DNA of 64,000 bases from the human T2T-CHM13v2.0 reference genome, Homo sapiens, in the NCBI RefSeq assembly GCF_009914755.1, contig NC_060937.1; one strand, given 5' to 3'. The notes beneath the pieces were generated by a model. It saw only the letters and a program-made list of their open reading frames with translations. It was not told the origin of the DNA and did not search any database. A program made the position numbers and the translations under genes. Shown piece after piece: positions 29,302-42,778 of the stretch (positions are counted from its first letter, which is position 1; each line of letters begins with the position of its first letter).

Positions 29302-31689
29302 TATATACTCTTCTACAAGACCTCCTTTTAGGTTATAGGCACACACACACACAAACACACACATATACACATTTGTAAATGTGTGTATATGGGATATATG
29401 TAAGTATATACTTACAGATATATGCATACATTTATCCATGTAGAAATATATGCATTTGGAAAATGTATATTCCAAATCAGGATTCAGCAAATTAGCCACT
29501 CTTTTTAAAGCTCTCTCCAATTCCACTCTCCTTGTGAATATTTGTTCCCTTCCTGGCCTCCATGTTCTGCTGATAACCTCCCTGAGAGAACAGTTTAATA
29601 ATAATCACTTTCTGGCCGACTATGGTGGAGCATGAGCAGATTATCATATTTTTCTTTCTACGGAAAACCTGCAAAACTACTGGGCCCGTTGCTTGTCTAA
29701 CTCATAGGTGTTATCCTCACATGTACAGGTATCAGCATAATTTTGGGGGGCAGTGAGTTAAGTTGTTCTGTGGGCTCTGCATATTCGCAAGTGTCCTCCT
29801 TTCACGTATGATCCTATGAATGAAAATGATGTCTTGCCTCTTCTTTCCAAATCAGATCCATACCATAAGTGTCATCTGCTGAAGTGGGGGTGGTCACTTT
29901 GGTTTCAGGGGAGGGCACTTGTCAGGGCTGACAAGCTACCCATGTACACTTCCGCCATTTGTAATTTCTTCTTGATCCACAGAAAACATCTGGATTTGTG
30001 CCACACCAAGTTTCTCTGTACATAAAACTGGGTGTGATATTTTCCCTCTCTTAAGTCACTATACTTGTCTTTTCACACTGTTGTTCTTTCACAAGGTAAA
30101 GAAAATAGAAGATGCCCATGGGCTCCACCTCTCTGCAAATTCACCACAAAGGACACGTGTCATCCTTGTGTTCCAAATCTCCCCTTATACTAGTGGTCAG
30201 GTCATTTACTCCATCTATTCTCTTTATTTTTGGACATTGCCATAATGTAAGCTCTGACCATTTCATATAATCCATTGAAATGATTTTTCTAACTGACAAC
30301 TCTGCCTATGGTTCTTCAATTCATATTTCATACTGCTGTCATCATGTTTCAAAATACACATTCAAAGTTGCAATGCAGTTATTTAAAAGTTTTAGTAGTA
30401 ATCATCATCACAATATATCTCATATGTTTGAGTAATTACAGAATGACAGCCAATGTTCTGTCACTGATGATGGGTTGTCTATGAACCTCTATTTTTATAT
30501 GACATAATCTAAAGTTTCTAGAACAGCAAAAAACATATCCCATTTTACTTTTTCTTACAATTTTTGAATTTCCACACAAAATTACACTCCAGCTATCTAT
30601 GGTTATTTGTTCTTCTGAGAATGATGCCATGCTGTTTGTATCATTTCTTTTGCACTCTAGAATATTCCACTTCTGCTTGGAAAACTGCTTTCTTCCAAGG
30701 TATATTTGCAATACATCCTTCTATGTGAAACTTTTCCCAATCCACTAGCTCCATTATTTGCTCTTTCTCTTATGATGCAAGATGACCATGTACATAAGGA
30801 AGAAACTTGTTCTTGACTTACTGGTTTATGGAACGGACTCAATTTTATCCTTATGAATCTACCTGCCATATTTTCAATTTTGATAGCAACATGATAGTTA
30901 AAAAGTGAGTACAGGAGTGAGCACTTTAAGCAAAATCAACCAAGAACATGCCCTAGAACCATGTGAAGGACTCTCCAATCTCCTCTCAGAACTGTGAAAG
31001 AGAGAGAGAGAGACTTATGGAGATTTTTTGTATGAATGAATACATGCTGGGAGTCTTAACTCTTTCCTTCAAAGTGGGTAAGGGATGAGCTCTCCTAGAC
31101 ATTAACTTCACATCAAGTTTAAGGACTATCAGCTTCATGCTTGGAGAGCTTCATATGTGTTACCCAATAAAGGAATACTGTTGACTGGTGTCTGACACAT
31201 GCAAGAGAAACCTAAAAAACTGTGGGAGAAAATATTTTTTGAGACAGAATAGAGCACCGTCATTGAAAAATAGCTACATGAATAAAAATAATGAACTAAT
31301 GAATTAATGATTCAGTTTTATCTATTACAGGGCAGTTGCACAACCTGGAGGCTGGCATCATGGGGTCATTTAGGATTGAATCTGAAGGAGCCGCTGTGGT
31401 GGAAATGAAATCCCTGCACAAAAGAAGCTGGGGCTGAACTATCATATTCTCCTGGAAGTAGTGGTAGGAAAGAGATATTTATTTTCGGGACCCAGTACCT
31501 CTGAACACTTATTTTAGCTGTTTACTGCAGCTATGCTTTCTTGAAAGAGATATGCAGGAAGGATGGAAAAGTGTCTATTAGCCTTTTAATTTTCTCTTCT
31601 GAGAAATTCCAAAAACTGTTTTTTTTTTTCAACTAATCTATGCAATTAGCATCGTTCACTTAGCTTCTCAGCTTACTTAGTGGACTTTT

Positions 31690-33700
31690 TCACTACAAAA
31701 ATAATCATATCAAAATTTAATTTATGAACAATAATTTGCTCCATTTAAGTGTACAGTTCTGAATTTTCACAAATGTTTACACCCATGTAACAATTGCCAT
31801 GTTCAAAATAGAAGGAGACTATTTACATCACCCCCACCCCTGCCCCGCAACAAAATCTCTATGCTCCTTCTCTGTCTATTCTTCCTTCCCAGAACATCTT
31901 AGCAAATGCTGATAATGATTTCTATCACTATGGATAAAATTAGTCTTTTCCTGAGTTTTCATAGGTTTTTCTTGTCTGTTTCTTCCCCTGAAAGTTTGCA
32001 TTTATATCTATGTTTTCTATTTTTTATTACATTTTAAAAAATATTTAATGTATACTCAGTTTAAGAATTAATTATTGAAATTTATTCCTTCTTCCCAAAC
32101 AGTAAAGTAACATAAAATCATTTAGCTCTGCACACAGTATTTCAAATGTAGATAATATTAGGTCAAGCATTTTTTTTTTTTTTTTTGGTAAGTCTTACTA
32201 TTTTAAACCTCCTTCTTAGTATTGTTATTGTTGTTATTTTATATTTAGTCACTGATAGAATTTCTAAATATTTTTCATCTTGCTTTTTTTCATTATTTCT
32301 TGCCTTGCAGACCTTCTTTCTGGGCTCAAAGCCTTCCTACCTAAATCACAACTTTTAGAATTTCTTTTAGTAGAGGCCTTTTGATTAAAAAGAAATTTTT
32401 TTTGAAAATGTTTTTATTTTATCACTGCTTTTAACAGATAGTTGAGCATGGCATATGATTTGTGATTGACAGTTACTTTCCTTGAAAATTGAAAACATTT
32501 TTCCATTGTCTAATAGCCTCTATTTTTATGGTAAAATACCTCTCAATAAAATCATCATTTCTCCATAGAAAAACTTTTCTTTGCTCCCTCAGGTGCTTTT
32601 ATAATCTTTGGCCTGCAATGTTATTTGAAGTGTGAATGTCTTCTAATTTTTCTGACTCAATGTCATTGGCTTTCCTGAGTATGAAGATTAAGGTTTATCA
32701 CCAGTTTGAAGAAATGCTTAGTGATTTTTAAAAATCTACCCAGGTATATCATAGATCTTGTAGCCTATGTGTCTCATAAAAATCCCTTTTCTTTATTTAT
32801 CTCCCTTGCATTCTGAATAATTTTGTCAATTCTACTTACTAGTCCATTATTATTTTATTCCTTGGTGTCAAATATAATGTTCTACCCATGATATGCATCT
32901 TTAATTTCAATACTATATTTCTGGAAGTTCTATTTAATTCTGTTTTGAGACCTCTAGCTAAGTTTTAATACCTGTTTATTTTTCACTTATTTTTATTTCT
33001 TTAAATATATTTAAACATATTAAACATGTAATATTCTGATATCACGTGATATTTGGATTCTGATTATTTTAACACTAAAAATATATGGGCTATGATTGCA
33101 CTCTTTCTTGTCTTGCTTCCCTGTGAATTCTTCTTTTTAATTTTGTCTTGCAATTCATTTTGCTTGAAATATTATCTGAGTTGAAGGTGCATACCATTAG
33201 AGAGAGTCTCATTTGTTTCAGCCACGTACTGTAGATTACTGAAACTCTATAAAATTTCAGCTTGAAGTTATTTAAATCACATTGAAAGTGTCAATGTAGA
33301 CTTCAAAAATGCTTGAGGACTGGCATGTGATTATGATTTTCAGATTTTTTTTCCCTATGATCAAGCAACAAAATTGAAACTCACAGGTTCTTCCCATCCA
33401 GGTCATTCTATAGTTCATTTGGTCCCAGATTTACATAGGAGATTTCTTTAGATTGCCCAAGCAGTAGGTACTGTCCTTTACCCCTGCATTTTGTTGGTCA
33501 AAATGGAATCTCAGGAGCACCAGGGCTGGTGCATACCTCCAGGGTCAACATGGGTTTACATTTTGTTTGCCTCTCTACACTAACACATTTATTCATATTA
33601 GACTCTGGGGTTTTCTTGCTTTCTTATTTTCTTCGTGTTTTAGTTAAAAATATATTTTATCATACATTTTACCACCTATTTTTAGTTATTTAGTAAAAGG
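31690..33700 (-). mobile_element. Highly degraded L1ME-type fragments
   Basis: 'ccatttaagtgtacagttc...acacccatgtaac' is an L1M 3' end; antisense ORF1-like T-rich sequence follows. Confidence 0.55.
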
Positions 33701-35639
33701 CATACTTAAGGGGCCTGATAGAAGATAAGTGCAGCAGTAATTCCTTGCATACACAACAATGACTTGCAAAAAAATTTTTAAAGTTTTTAAATACTCAATT
33801 CTCCAGTGTTCACACAAAAAACTCAGCCAAAATACTATTTTTCATTGAATTTGTTTGCAGGCCTTATGTTGCCTCATTAAATTTAGAAGGAAAAAAATCC
33901 GAAACAACATTTAAATCTTTTGAATGTTCTAGGCTGATAGGCACGTTTCTTTCTCAGAAGACGTGATCTTTTGTAAATGATTAAAAAAAGAAAAAAGTGG
34001 TCCTTCTTTGTGGATGTGGCACCACATAATTTCACAAGCTACTAACCCCTTTGGCTGGACATCTTTGTGCAGGCACAACTTGTACAAATTGTTCCTGCTC
34101 TTTTCTCCTTGAATGATTCGGTGCAGGCAAAAGATACCTGTGCATATATCATAGCTCATTGGATAAAATCCTTGAATTTTTCTGAATTAAAAGTTGATAC
34201 CTACACAAAATATAATACATGTTTAATACTGAAGCATACTCACAGTAATTGAGAAACCTATATATCCTAATTTTTAATTCAAGAGACTCTATATTTTTAG
34301 TGAATTACTGACCATAATAAATAATTCAGAGGTTATCTTATAGTTACTTGTGTTCACATATAAAAACACTAAAAATAAATCTCAGATTAAGATATTATGT
34401 GGACATGTCAAATTTGTTTCATTGCAATTAGGAATAAAATAGCTAATTACATATTACATCATATGTATGACTGGTATTATATTTCTTTTTTTTTGGTGAT
34501 ATCTTAGCATCATATCTACTTTTTCTGATAATATTTACTATTATCATGTAATGTGACATATTACATAATATGACATATTAGTTGTGTCATATCAGACAGA
34601 TGTCATGAATTTTTCCTGTCGATAAAGCAAAGCTTTTAATTGTAACCTGATATTGTTATTTCACAAGTAAGTTAAATATCAAATTTAAATAATCTATGGC
34701 AGTGCAGTACATAGAAAGAATTCAGTTCAATTTTTTTCTTTTTTCATTTTTATGTATGTTGCCATCTTGCATTCCAGTGAAGAGGAAATAATTATTTTAA
34801 TGTACCCTGATTGTAATTATTTCTTCTAATGTGGGCTGTATTTTTTAGGCACACATTTTGTTTCTACATTAGAAAAAATAAGGTGAATGTCTAAGGAATT
34901 CACCCTAGGCATTTATAACTGCATCTAAGAGTATGCTATCTGTCTCCTAAAGTCTAGACCATTCTCCATGCAGAAAATCCGTGACCAGAAGCCAAAACTC
35001 ACTTCTTGGCAGATACCCTCTGGGATATGGTTAGTACTGAACAAAGCAGAAATAATAGTTTTTGGAACAAGAAGGTAAAGCAGAGTTGGTCTCCTAAGCC
35101 TATGGAAAAGTAGGTTAATGCAAAGGGAAGAATCCATTTCATTGTTATGAGTAGAATCATAAATAGCTGAAATTAATAGGTAATTCTGGCAGCAAGGATC
35201 AGCTGGGTTAGTTGTTACTCATCTTTGAGTTCTGGACATCACTTGGGATTAAAGGTTTTTATTATATTATCTGAAATTAGTTCAAGATAGTTATGAAAAT
35301 CCTGTAGTCTATTTAAAAAATTATAGTTACCTGTGGTTTCATCAGACTTGACTTTATTTTAGGTGCATAGTGTGTGTACACGTATTAAATGCATATAATT
35401 CATATAATTCATTTCACTTTCTCAACTGGAAAGCCTTTATTTTACTAAAAAGAAATTAAAATGTATGTTGAATTTTTACTGTAACATTTGAAAGCTGCTG
35501 TCCAAGATGTTATTGTGCCAAATTATACCTACTTGGTTGAGCTTGAATATAATCCTTAGCATATTAATTTTGTAATCTATTTGTAAACAAATGATTGGAG
35601 TAGATTGCAGAAAAATGTAAAAATAACTTTACATTGGGG

Positions 35640-35760
35640 TGAATATGTGCATATGATGTGCATGTAATTCAACACATCATGCTGCACATGATAAATACAT
35701 GCATTTTTATCTGCCAATTCAAATAAATTTTAACAAAATAAAAAATATAAAAATAAAATT
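35640..35760 (+). mobile_element. L1MA extreme 3' end with A-rich tail
   Basis: 'catcatgctgcacatgataaatacatgcatttttatctgccaatt' followed by an A-rich tail. Confidence 0.6.
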
Positions 35761-38700
35761 ACTTTGAATCACTACAATCTATCAGTATATAGACTAACAT
35801 CAATATTTGGGACCTGCTTTATTAAGATGAAATTTTTATGCAAATTCTTACAAGAATAGACTATGTTTGCAGCTGTTAAAATGAATACATAAGAAACAAC
35901 AAGACAGGCTGTCTCAGTAGCAGCTACTCCAGTCTGTACAAGAGACATGGAAGAGAACAAGTAGATGTCTGTTTTCTTGCTGCCTGGAATAGAATGAGCT
36001 GCTAAGGAGATTATGGCCTTAGGCTTGTCTATATGTATGCCACTTAATTGGAAAGTGAAATATGTGAATTTCTCTAAGTTGACAAAGAATTCCAGATGAT
36101 AGTATTATAGTTGAACTTGCACCTTTGCTCCATAATTTATCTTTAAAGATTATTTGATTTAATTGGTTTTATCTCTTAAAGTCTTCTCTTGATACAATCT
36201 GAATATTAATTTAGTAAAAATTTTATAATGGACCAACTTATAACTAAATCTGCATATCTAGCCTCTCCAGAGCTTCTTATTTTCCATATAGCTTTAAAAA
36301 TATTAAAGTACAGATTGTTCTTAAAACATATCAATGTTATGTTAAAATTATTTAAGCATATACATTAGTTGAATCACAATAAAATAAATTGGTATCTCCA
36401 TAACATGTTAATACTGTAAAACAACACACAGAAATTTAGAGCTGTAATTTTTAGCAAAAAGTATCAGACAACAATATGAGGGAAAAGCAATGACAAACAT
36501 CATCTATCTATGAATAGTATTATCACTGAAGTCAGTTTACAAGTGCACACAAACACATTACTTTCTCAATGATTATATGGTATGATTACTAACAGTGGTA
36601 CATCTATTTCTCATATACTCATGTATACATACACTTCATTAAAATTCAACCCTGTATTAAAGAAAAGCAGAATAGATAACTAAAGATTTAGATAATGTCA
36701 TGGTAGAAATAGAATGAGGAATAACATGAATCTGTTCACCAAATTCACCCTAAGTTCTATCAAAGCAGAAATGTTGCCCTGGACCTAAACACAGACACAG
36801 ACAGATACTTACACATACAAGCACATACCAACTCATGCACGCACATTTGCACATCTTATTATTATTTTTTCAACAATTTGATTTCATATACAAGAATGCT
36901 AATTTTCTTTTTACATTGAACATAGGTAAATAATGTAATTGCAATCTAATTCTATCTATTCATGGACTTACATGATGATTGGTTAAGAATATCTTACAAA
37001 GTGGTAACACTGGCAACTTCATCTCTATCTTACAATCTCCAATTTTGTTAGCATGGTGAATTCCAGGGTATCTGGCACCTTTGATCACAGGTCTGCACAC
37101 ACACCGGGCCCAGGATTCAAAGCAGTTGCAAGAGGAAATTTGTCTTGAGCTGGAAAAAGCGTAGGCCTGGTTACTATCTCCTGTCAACAAGATGTGTTAA
37201 AATATCGGTTACCACGTGCAGGAGGTGCCACAGCACCACCTCCTATACCAAAATTCAGAGCATAAAAATAAATGTTTATTGTACTTTTGAAATATTGCAC
37301 AAATTTCACTCATGACCAACCTTAGCCCAGGACGACATAGGGAAGGAGGTTCTGGAAAACATAATTCTAGTTTAGCTAATTAATAAGAAACAATGCCACC
37401 ATAATAAGGAGTGAGGGTGTTATTCTGATTTCAGTATTTTCTACAGAAAACACTAGGAGAGAAATTAAAGAGTCAGGATAGGCAATAAATGTATTCACTG
37501 TACCTAAAAGTAGAGAAATGGGATGATAACTTGAGAGGGTTATGAATTTATGACTGGGGTTTTTGTATTTAAACATGGGATTAAGCATAACATGTATGTT
37601 TCATTAGGAAACATCAAGAAAAAGTGAAAATATGATTCAAGAGAGAGAAAGAAAGGAATTTATGGATCCATGTCTGAATTAATTAAAAGATGATGCCTAG
37701 TATGTAAATAGATGGGTTGGTTTTTGCTAGAGAAATTGTAAATTAATTTATAGCAATAATAGAAAAATTATAGTATATGGCCATAGATAAGGGTAGCTAG
37801 ATAACATAGATGTTGGGAGCTTGTGGCAGTAATGTTACAAATGATTCTATTTTTTGAAGTGAACTAGAAAAATAGTCATTCCATGACAGGGAGTTGGAGT
37901 TTCAAAGAGAAAGGGAATATTATGAAATAATTGTGTAAGAGACTAGGGGAGTAAATAGATGAAGGAAGTATTGTATGACTGCTGGTAAGCACTAAATCCA
38001 GAGCAAGACTTCAGAACATGGAGCCCTGTACAACTGCACAAGCCTCTTGCTCAAAAAGCCAGGTCTGCACAGGGTGTGATCAAAAGTAAAGTATTAATAA
38101 ATATAAGTAAATCTACATTATTCAAACTCTTCATGATTCTAAATTGCTTGGACAAGTGTTTCTATCAGTATCATTTTATTTTTGAATTATATTCTTATGC
38201 AGACGTACAGAAGTTAAAATATTTCTAACAAAATGCAATTGGAGTATTTTTTGCTATGCAAATTAATTTGATGTTATACATGAACGTTATTTCTGAGTCA
38301 GTTTTTATCATAAGATATTGGTAAAATCAATATGGGTGAAGCATTCTCTTGATTATTTGCTCTCAATTATCTTCATGGCAAATCTATCTACATTTCCTGA
38401 CCAATGACCCACTCTGTGACTTGACCGACACTTCTGTGCTTTCTCTCACTGTGCTTGTCTTTCAGTCTCTTTTGTTCTCTACACCATCACGTGATTTTGA
38501 AAAGTTAAGAAACCATGAGGCCACACCAATTATTTTCATTTTTTTAGACCCATGAAGTAGGTTTTAAACACAGAGGTTGTTAGGTCAAAGATGTTAAAAG
38601 ATTTTCAAATATTAATTCTTCAAAGCTATGTGCTTAAAAAAGATTTTTAATATGAGCAGCCATCTGTGCATCTGCAAACACTTTAACAAAAAGGTTACCC

Positions 38701-40569
38701 AATTACTAAATGTGGATACAAATTTTCTTAAATACCTACATGAAATGTAAAGATATTGAGGTGAGAATTTGCCATGAATATGTAATAGTGGCTTTTAGTT
38801 CCTAGTTATTGTTGTTATAACCATCCACGAATGTATTTGGTAACCTCTTTTTATCTTTTTAACTTTATTTGTTTTTAAAGATAATTTATTTCTTTTCTTT
38901 CTTGACCTACGTTTTTGGTGCAAATTTCTGGGATCAGATTCACCTAGGAGGGTGTAGAGATACAACGAACATCTTTTTGTTAGTACAGGTACACATTCAT
39001 CAATTTAGATGGCAATTCCATTGAAAATCAATAAACACAGAAACTAAAAATTTCAAAGCTTGTCAACAAAGTGGTTTGTGGAGCTAGAGAGCTTAGAAAA
39101 ATCACCCAATTTATGATCACTGGCTTAAATGAGCGAACTGTACTATGATCAATTCCAAATATAACTTACGTGTGATACTTGTCTAACAATTTGTTCTACT
39201 TTTCTATTCCATGCGCCTCTGTACATGATCTTTTCATTTTCCATCAAGTAATTGGTAATAGTAATCAGAGGCTGTAGAAACACAAATGGTATATCAGTTT
39301 CTCTGGTAAAATAAGACAATCATAAATTTGAAAAATATATCATATCCATTTCATCATCCAATCACTAATATTTGGAGAATTATTGGATCAGTAATATTAT
39401 TAGCGAAATGAAGGAACAGATGCTAGTGATAGGCAGGACAGGAAGATTGGCCTTTTGTATTAAAAGTTACAAAGTTATCTTCAAATTAAGTTAGGAAATA
39501 ATAATTTTGAGAATTTTATATTTTCATAGTGTTCAATAAACACTTTTGTAATTAATGAAGAAAGGAATCAAACGGGTAAGTAGAGTTCTTTGAGGAAAAG
39601 AAAACATGAATCACTCTGGTGACATATAAATGTGAATGTGAAAGTGTCAAACAAAGGTAATTCAGCATGGCTGTCTCATAAATATTGGCAAATTAAATTA
39701 AGCACCTTAGGCAAATATTTTGTTTATTGTTCTTCTGAATTTTATTCTTAAAATTTTGTTTAATACAAAGCAGTCACTGAAATGAAAAGCAATGATAAAT
39801 TATTATATGTATATCATTATAGTTAAGCAAAGAATCACATATAAATTCTCTTGTAAGGAAAAAGTAAAATATTAAAATCAGATATCTGTACCCACTTCAC
39901 CCACAGGCTTCATACTATTATAAGTTAACTCCATGATTTATTAATTGATAATAATAAACATGTTGAATGTGTCTCTTCAGTCTGCTATTTTTCTAGTCAT
40001 TTATTCCCTTAATACATACTTTAAAGGCACACAGGTATGCTTATTTTTATTGATTTTTCAATCAGGTGTCAATTTACCCTTACTGGAATAAGATAAATAA
40101 CTTTGAATTATCATGATCATTAAATCAAAGCATTTTTACTGAAGTATTGTGTTAAATTAGGTTAGCCTTTGTTTAATCCACTGAACATGCACTTAATGAA
40201 TGATAAACTTTAAGGGAGCATTAGTATGGTAGAGTAAGGAAATTCATTTCTACTTTGTCACCCTTGCAAAGATGGGAAAAGAAGTTATCTACAAAGAAGC
40301 ATGAACTTGCGTGTATTCCCATCCATAGCTTTCCTTCATTAACTGTGGTTAACAGACATTCTTTTTAACTTTTTTCCCTTAGGAGTCATAATCATTGTAA
40401 TTCATCCTTATTATAAATTGGCTTATGTTAGAAAGAAAATAAATGTATTGTCATATAATTGGAGGATCTTTAATCTTTTTTCTGTATTTATATGGCCTAC
40501 TTTATTGTAGATAATATTTAAGACTAACAGTCATTCAATGATTGTTTCAATACAATGGCCAGAAATTAT

Positions 40570-40594
40570 ATGTGTGTGTGTGTGTGTGTGTGTG
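40570..40594. repeat. (TG)n microsatellite
   Basis: Read directly from the sequence. Confidence 0.95.
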
Positions 40595-42778
40595 TCTGCA
40601 TGTGGGCATGTGTATCTAAATGCATTAATTGATTGGTAACCTTATACTTGATATAAGATGTATACACACACACAGATGACATATTTAGCATTCTAAAATT
40701 GTTTTAAAATTTTGACTTAGGCTGTACTGTCTTTCTGGAATGTTTTCTGTGAGAATAAGTGGTATTACAAATTAACCACATAAATTACTAATTGTATAAC
40801 ATTTTATTGATTACAGTTATTACATTTATAATTTCATTTTTCTTTTATATCTGAAGAAACTTTTTATAGTATTAACTTGTTGACTTTATGTCCTACTTGG
40901 ATCAATTGATATCCTTATGAAGAAATTTAAAAAACATAAAGGGGAACTGCATAGAGTTAAAGATCTATAGAAACACTGAAGTGTTAAAATAATGATTAAA
41001 AATTTTAACTAATTAGACCGGGAAAACATTTTCAAACGTTAATAGCACCCAACAGTTGTGTGCTAAATGAAAAGAAAGACACTATTTCTTTCAGGCAGAA
41101 GCTACACAAAATAAAACAGCAGAGAAAAAGTGTTCATTTGGTAGGAAAGATGAGGATATAAAAACAGCACACTTTTCAGTTGTACCCTGTGGGTCTGTCA
41201 AGTCTATTGGGCTCTTATTTTACGTTCTCTGTCTCATTCTCTAATAACTTGAAGTTCAAAGAGAGAAAGTTTAGAAGGCTAAATTGAGGAACAAATATAG
41301 CGAAACATTTAGGTTTCATTTACGTTTTTCCACCTCCAATTTGCAATGGTCTAGTGGAGAAAGGAAAAGAATTGTGCATGTTTCTAGAGCAGAGGAAATG
41401 TCGTCTTACAGTGAGTATAGGAGGAATAGGACACTAGAAATCTATAAAAGCTATTTTACTAAAAATAACTGTATATAAAACTGTTTTATAATTGTAATCA
41501 TTCAATTTTATTTAATGTCTATTGACAAGTAGATAGACATGCCACTGCCTATCATCTGTTGTGATTAGAAATGAAAAAAACATTCTGGGAGCCACATAAC
41601 TTCATCAAAATGAATAAATGTCGTATTTATTAGTTACATATTTATTAAAGAAGACATTTTAAGTTTTCATCATACATCTCATAATTTATAAAGTTTCACA
41701 TGAACTAGTTGATCTTTGTTAATGCTTGGCATGCGTATAAATTTATTTTAAAAGGCAATTAATTGTTTTTACATTAAATATATTATTTAAATTACCCAAT
41801 TTTTAATGAACATATAGCATATTATATAAGAATATAACATATTTTACATAAAAAAGGTCTATATGTGAGCAGAATCCAAACTTTCAGATTTTGCACCTTC
41901 TTTATGAGCATGTTGACTAGCTTTAGAGACTTAGAGAAGAAGAAAGGAGGTGGCAGTGACCTATTAGCAACACCAGATATCAGTTTATAGTAAAAATCAT
42001 AGCTCTCCAACAAACATTAATAATGCAATGTCAATACATAGTGAAATAAATATCTGACATCTTAATTTCAATTCATTACAAATATAATTTAAGGAGATAA
42101 GCTTACAGCCTCAGAGGAAAAATAAAATCTGAATATGAATACAGCACATAGCAGATGTCTGCCCTCGGCTCTTATAGCTAGTCAAGCATATAGCCTATTT
42201 TGATATTATTTGGGACATGGTATAAAGTTTGGGAACTGTTATATTAAGTTGTCAATATCACTTCAGAATCTTTTTTTTATTGTATAAATCTAAGGGGTAT
42301 AAGTACTATTTTAATTGGATATATTTTATAGCTGTGAAGTCTGGGCTTTTAGTGTAACCATCACCTAAATAATGTACATTGTACCCATTCAATTTTTTAT
42401 CTCTTACCACCTTCCTACTGTCCTACCCATCTGAGTCTTCAATGACTATTTTTCCACATTCTATGTTCATGTGTACACATTATTTAACTTCCACTTATAA
42501 ATATGAATGTGGCATTTGTCTTTCTGTGTCTGAGTTGTTTCACTTAAGATAATGACCTCCAGTTCCATCTATAATGCTGCAAGACATAATGTCATTATTT
42601 CTATAGCTGAACAGTATTCTGCTGTGTGTTCCATTCCATTCCACCATGTGTTCTTTATCCAATCGTCTGTTAATGAAAGCTTAGTTTGATTCCATATCTT
42701 TGCCATTGAGAATAGTGCTGTGATAAACATATGAGTGCAGGTGTCTTTTGATATAAAGATTTCTTTTCCTTTGGGTAG

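Noticed and set aside
29600-30030. GC-richer block, possibly an old LTR or enhancer
   Set aside because: I could not assign a family or termini with confidence.
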